Assembly: GCF_009914755.1 (NCBI RefSeq)
Contig: NC_060927.1
Origin: the human T2T-CHM13v2.0 reference genome, Homo sapiens
Length of the DNA: 64,000 nucleotides
Strand: one strand, 5' to 3'
Shown: positions 54,734 through 64,000 of the stretch, one piece after another
Layout of the letters: the number at the start of each line of letters is the position of its first letter
Numbering within the stretch: the stretch's first letter is position 1
Notes under the pieces: model-generated
The model's input: only the letters and a program-made list of their open reading frames with translations
What the model was told of the DNA's origin: nothing
The model's database searches: none
Made by a program: the position numbers and the translations under genes

Positions 54734-55504
54734 CAGGCAAAATTAATCTGGTGACCAGGACTGACTGGGAAGAGGCACCAGGGAGCCCTCTGGGGTGGCT
54801 TGAGAAGGACTGCCAGTTCCCTCTTGACTTCATCACCCAGCTCGCCACCCAGAGGGCTCCACATTTGCATAAACTACTCAGCAAAACAAACGCCCTTGGA
54901 AGTGACAGGAACCTGTGTTTCTAGAAGGCAGTTAAGCCACAATTTATTGGCACTCAAGCGTGCTGCTCCCTTGGGGTCTCACCCCCCAACCCCAAAACCA
55001 TACTTACCTCCACTTCCAGAGGAGTTCTCATCATTACAATTGTATGGGGATCCCATTTCACCAACCTTATGCCTACAGTAATTTTGCTTCCCACTTTAAA
55101 CCGTACCTCTTTGCCATGTCCCAGCTCTAGGGCTGAGCCAGCAGGCTTATTGCCTAAGGGAAGGAGAACAAGCAGAGAATAAAGAGGCCATTGATCAGCA
55201 TTAGCGTCTCCAGGCTGACATTCTTGACCTCTGCGGAGGGACAAGGGCCTTGAAAGCAAGGCTTTATGGAGGAGAAAAGGTATTTCTCAACTCCTCAGAT
55301 CCCTTCTAGCAAAGTCAAGCTGACAGCTCTAAGGAGATCTTCCCAATCAGAGTGTCTCACCACCCCCTGAGAGATTTGATAACCTCTGCCCTTGGAGCAG
55401 CCTGGCACGATCTGGGCAGGTGGGGATCTCATTAGTCTTCTGGTATAGCCTCCACTGAGGTTCCAGATCCCCTCTTGGCCATGCAGCACATCATGCCCTT
55501 ATTA

Positions 55505-55851
<347 letters not shown>

Positions 55852-56792
55852 AGGTGTCAAAGAACTGACCTAGATCCTTGAGTTTTGCCATTTGCAGAAA
55901 TGCCCCAAACATGCTCATGCTGCCCTGGGAGGATGGTGGAAAGAAGGAAAATCTCAAGGGCCACTCATAAGGTCAGATGTCTTTAGGGAGTGGGGAGATT
56001 TAGAATCATCCAAGAAGTGACGGGGAAAATTTGAGAACATCAAGGTAAGTGGATCACATCACAGGGCACTGCGTGAGGAAGTCTGCCAGCCATGGGGGAC
56101 CTCACCTCTGGTTAAGCACCATGTATCCCCAGGCCCAAAGCAATGGCACACAGGTGGTGGCAAGAATGTGGATAGAGGAATCTGAGAAAGATGGCTTGGC
56201 CCTCCATGGCCTGTGCATGGACTGTGGGGGACACCAAATTTCCCAGGGGCCTGGGCTGGGTCCAGGGAGATGCCAAAAGAACGCTGGCCTGTGATCAGGA
56301 TGAACAGGCTGACACAGGCAGGGAATGCAAGGCCAGAAGCAAATGACCTGGAATCTGGTTGCTGGCCAGGGCCTGCCCCAGCCCATGGGATGCCTTTGTG
56401 CAAATTAGAAAAAGGCTTGCTCTTCTGACTCACACAGCCCCATGGGCTTGTGGCTTGGCTAGCAAAGCACTGGCTAGATTTCAGCTCTTCTGTGGACACC
56501 CTCATGGAGGGCGTAACTCCCACAGCACTTAGACATGACACTCATTCCAGGACATCACTACAAAAATCTGGGTGGAATGATAGTCCCCAGCCAGTCCAGG
56601 GAGTCTCTCAGAACAGCCATTCCTCACAGCCTGGGCGGATTCTGTTTCCCCTTCCACTTCCCAGTTTTACCCCAAATTCGCACATTCCTAAGTACCATCA
56701 TAAAAGGATGAGGGGGGGTGTTGGGAGGAGATGAGAATTGGGAGGTGGGATTCAGAGCTCTGACTGCACTTCTCCCCCTCCTCAGTCACCTA

Positions 56793-57335
<543 letters not shown>

Positions 57336-57609
57336 TAAGCATTGGGCAAATAAAGCCACATCCCTGCTAAACAATTTTCTCCCTCTTCTTACATTTTTTG
57401 GGAGGTGTAGGTACCTCTTACAGATAGAATGGGTGGCTGAATGCTGTTGTTTGTCCTGGAACTGTCCTAGATTTTGCTGATTTTCAGGATTATTATTAAT
57501 AGCAACCCCCCCCCACCAGCTTTCAGAAATGCCTCAGTACGGATAATATGGTCACCTATTAATAATGATACATCAGATGTTAGGTCTGCCTGCACAGCCC
57601 TTCCTTCTA

Positions 57610-58562
<953 letters not shown>

Positions 58563-60574
58563 CTGGGTGTCGCTAAGGCACAGAGGCAGATATAGGGAGC
58601 ATGTGCTCAGAGAACAAGTGATTGAGCAGTTCGTCTGGAATGTTTAGTGACTTCCCTCCATCCTCAGCCCCAGCCAGTCCTCTCTAGCCTAAGTCCAGTC
58701 ATCCAGTCTTGGAGAACAGTGACCCACTGGCACATTTGGCAAAATGAGCATTTACAAGTTCTTTCCATTGCTGAACTCTAGAGCAAAGTGTGAGGAAACA
58801 TTTTGTTTCTGCCAGCATGAGAAATGGACTGTATAGGAAGCACATTGTTGCCTTATCTGGGAGATTAAGATTACCACTTTTAAAAAGTCTACTCCAGAAA
58901 AAAAATACCATTAAAAAACAATCATTTTAAATTCATTTTCACTTTCGACTTGAAGGCATTTTTCTCATTTTAAAAAATGATGTATGGCTTATGTAAGTTT
59001 TATAGGATGAAAAAGCATTAAGGAAAAATACACCCTGCACCGAGTTGCTGTCATTCTCCTCTAATACCTGACTCTTCTGAAACAAATGAAGATGAGGCTG
59101 AGTTTCTGGGAGTCTGTGGTCCTGCTGAGGAATGAAATGCAGCTAAGGTTGGGCCGACAGCATCCACTGCGGTTCCTGGCTGCCTGGCTCCTGGTGAGAT
59201 CAGCATTTTAAGCAGGTTCAGGTAAGATCTGGGACACTTGGGTTTTGGAGTCACAACCGATCTTTGTTTTACTCTGTGATCCTGGGAATAGTAGCCCTTT
59301 TCTGGATTTTTCTCCACCCTTAGCTAATGTGTTAACAATGTGTTGTATCCTTGTCTTAAGTATTGTAGTGTTATCACTTAAAACTGCCTCGGATGTCCTT
59401 TTAGAGAGCAGTTCCTCCATGTATGACATTTTATTTAACAATTATTCCTTGTTAAATTCCAACGGATACTGTGAGACACATGGCAGATACAGCCCTGCCC
59501 ACAGGGACCTTCCATTCTGGTGGGCAAAGAAAGGAATACTGAAATTTCATCTACAGAGAATCCACCCCAAGGTGAGCCCGCTATCTCTAAGACTTTCAGG
59601 CGGCACTAGAGTGAACTAACTAGAAGGAAGACTGGATAGAGATACTAGTTAAAGAGATAAACAGCAAATAAATGCAACAAATGGCCAAAAGGTCTAGAAC
59701 CGTTTACATCTTAGATATCTGTATAATTTACCTCTCTTTCCCCATGTGTATAACAAATAAATGATATCAACTATTTGAGCTCTTAGAAATACATCCTTTC
59801 CACATTTACAAAGCTCAGAGAGTGAGTGCTCTCTATATGCCAGGCCTGGGGCTGATGGCCTCACATATTTTATCTCTGTTAACATATTTATCTCCCAACA
59901 CACCTAGGGTAGGTCTTCTTTTTAATCCCCATTTCACAGATGAGGAAACTGCAGCTCCAAGTCAGTGTGGTGCATTCAAGATCACCCCAGTTAGTAAGCA
60001 ACAGAACTGGGATTGAAATCCTGTGGATCTGAAACTCTCAACTACCACTGTGTTAGTGCCAGTTACAACTTTTGGCTTTTAGTTGCCTATGGAGTCTATT
60101 TTGACATTAGCCAGAACTGAAATTTAGTTGTAGCTCCTATGAACTGCAACGGCAAACTGAAAAAGAGGAAAGAAAACAGCTTGAAACCTGTTTCAGACCC
60201 TGCATGAGGCACAGAACGAAGTCAGCGGAAATGAGAAGCCAGCTGGATTCTGCAAGTACTCAAGTGAGGGGGGGGGCAATGGGAACCAACTTAATTGGAT
60301 GATTATTTCAATTATCTAATTAAGAAAGATTACAGCTGAACAAAGACAGAAAGGGCCTCCAAGGTGATTTAAAAAAATAAAGTATCATAAAAAGTTGATT
60401 AGCTGGGTTGGCCCTTGGAGGAATTGGGAGGTTAAAGGGACTTCCCATTGGAGGCCCTGGCCCTTGGGACAGTTAGTCACCAAGGGCCTCTCCTCTCTCT
60501 TCTCTTCCCTCCCCAGTTGAAAGCTATCTGTCTGCCACCTTAGCTACTACTTAAGACTCAAATGGTCAGTAGCC

Positions 60575-60645
60575 TCCTTCCTTCCTCCCTCCCTTCCTCC
60601 CTTCATTCTTTCCTTCCTTCCTTTCCTTCTTCCTTTTTCCTTCCT
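60575..60645 (+). repeat. (TTCC)n-like polypyrimidine tract
   Basis: Direct reading. Confidence 0.85.
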
Positions 60646-61332
60646 CTTTGTTTCTGTATTCACTTAGCAAACAAGCAAAAAGCAAAAAACAGTCAAGATT
60701 TCCTTCCACAGTTTAGGACAGCAGTTATAATCTAGTTACTGCCTCCTCCCCACCTCCATGCCTGGCTCGCATCTCTTTTAAAAATATATAAATTATTTGC
60801 CAGTGTTTAAAAATCAAGGGTTTCACATAAAAGTCTAGATCTCTGGTTTTATTAGAAAAATCAGATCTGATAACACTGGTTCAACCTTCCCAGAGGTCTG
60901 ACTCCAAATCTTTAACACTGCGTATGGCCTGGCATTGTCCAATCAGAACAGATGTCAGGCAGGAACCACCAGGGTGGACAAGTCCGTGTATCCTGGCTGG
61001 AGTTTGGGACCTCTGCCCCTTCAGATGGGCCATGTGCTCTCCAACTCCCAAGGTCTCCATCTGTCCTTTTTTCTTCTTGACACTGAGGTGAAGGTCACCT
61101 GCCATTTATCATCACACTTACTTGACCAATTTACATTAAGGAGGGAGGAGATTGTTTCCTTGGCTTCGCCTTTGACCCTCAGTCATCTGCCTGACTGGAG
61201 TTGGCTTGGAGCTTATGATCCTTGGTTCAAGGAGCCAAAAGCTTTTATTCCTTATACAAATTTAACAAATATTGGTTGAGGGACTTCACTGTGCCATGTG
61301 TTCCAGCAGAGCTATTAAGAACCAGGCTGTAA

Positions 61333-61615
<283 letters not shown>

Positions 61616-61932
61616 GAGCCAGGAAGTAGAGTCAACAGTTCTGGACTCAAATCTTGACTCTGTCACTTACTAACTATGTGACATTACTCAATTTCCTGAT
61701 TTCTAAATGAGGGAGAATACTTATTTTCTTTATAATACGGTTGAAAGGATTCCATGAGAAAGCATAAAAAAGGGCTTTGCGTAGTACCTGATGCAGAGTA
61801 AACACTCAATAAACGTCCATCAGTTTTGGGAATTAGGACTAGCTAATCATCATCTGTATCTACAATATGATAAGCGCTGTGCTATGCACCCATGTGTGTT
61901 ATTCCACCCAATTCTTATGAAATCTCTAGAGA

Positions 61933-62692
<760 letters not shown>

Positions 62693-63549
62693 CAAAAGGT
62701 AAATAGCATTATCCCCATTTTACAGAAGAGAATGCTGTTCTTCAGACATTGGATTTTGCCTTTAAGGACCCAAGCATGATAGGAGAGATAAGATATGCAG
62801 ACAAAAGATAAATAGGGTTAAAAGAAAAAAGTACTCTACCAAACAAGAAGAGAGGAGTTAACTGACATAGAAGACGAAGAGAAGAGATTACTTCTTCCTG
62901 GAAATAAATTATAACATAATAAATGCTTCTCAAATTTTAATGTGCATATAAAATCATCTGGGGAACTTGCTAAAATACAAATTCTGATTTAGAGTTTGAA
63001 GAGAAGCCTAAGATTGGACATTTTAAACAAGCCCTGAGGTGCTACTGGTCCATGGACCACACTTTGAAAAACAAGCTAGTAGTGGCCAAGGAACTGGTAG
63101 CCAATCACAGTGCCCCATTTCCCTAGCCACAGTGATTGGTTCAGGCACAGGCATAAGAGCCAATTGGCCAATTAGAGTCTTCTCTGGAATTATATGTAAA
63201 TGTCAGGGGAGAGAAAACCTGCATATCCTTCAGGACCATTAAGTGGGGATGAAGAAATCTTGCATTGCTTCTAGCCAACCCATGCTGTATCAAGAAAGTA
63301 TCTCTGTAGTAGGAAAGAATGAAGCCACTAGGAAAGAGAAAAACCACTACAGAGCCAACAGAGAGATGAAGAAAGAGAAAGAATCCTGATGACATCATTT
63401 AAATACTTGGTATCCCTGAGGCTAGCTCCATCTCTGGTATCCCCAAGTATGGGAGCAATATATCTTTTTTTTTTTTCACTAGGTGAATTAGATTTTTATC
63501 ACTTCCAAGTCAGAGTCCTGAATAAATCGGGTATTAGTTATCTTAGTGT

Positions 63550-64000
63550 ATTTGTTATCTGTCACTGTTTAACAATTACCCCAAAACTTAGTTGCTTAAC
63601 ATGGTAACAATAAGCATGTATTATCTCTCACAATTTCTGTGAGTCAGAGATTTGATAGCAACTTAGCTAGGTAGTTCTGGCCCATATCCTCTCATGAGAT
63701 TTCAGTCAAGGTGTCAGCTGGGGCCACAGTTATCTGAAGGCTTGACTAGGACTAGAAAATCAGCTTCCAAAGTGGCTCACTCATATGGCTGGCAGGTTGG
63801 TATTGATTGTTTGTGAGAAGCTTCAGTTCCTCCCACACTTCAGGCCTTCAGGTGGCCTTCAGGCCACCCAGAAGACCTCTTGAATGTCCTCAAAACATGG
63901 CAGCTAGATTCAGAGAGCAAGAGAGAGAATAAGAGAGAAAGAACACTAGGCAAAAGTTGTATTCTTTTTATAATCCAACTTCAGAAGTCACATAACATCG
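63550..64000 (-). mobile_element. MLT1 LTR (partial)
   Basis: aacaattaccccaaaacttagttgcttaa...aacatggcagct. Confidence 0.75.

Overview
Primate genomic DNA (human or a close relative: AluJ/S/Y, THE1/MST/MLT LTRs, L1M, L2, MIR, MER DNA elements). The only protein-coding gene I can support is RYBP (RING1 and YY1 binding protein, variant PRC1) on the minus strand. Coding exon 1 is 10844-10875 and exon 2 is 9945-10070 (RanBP2/NZF zinc finger); both sit in or next to a CpG island at ~10130-11650. Positions 1-9944 are RYBP intron 2, and ~12-64 kb is repeat-dense upstream DNA. Nearly all other ORF-track entries are Alu/L1/LTR or GC-rich artefacts. I cannot establish a new biological system. The best leads are: (1) a cassette inside RYBP intron 1 with a (GGC)14 repeat, strong-Kozak small ORFs on both strands and a cryptic donor; (2) an open 5' leader with good-context CUGs and a weak/strong ATG pair; (3) a repeat-free, stop-depleted, exon-like stretch at ~51.3-52.5 kb; (4) several templated-insertion and inversion scars inside old repeats. 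Repeat boundaries and subfamilies were called by eye and are approximate.
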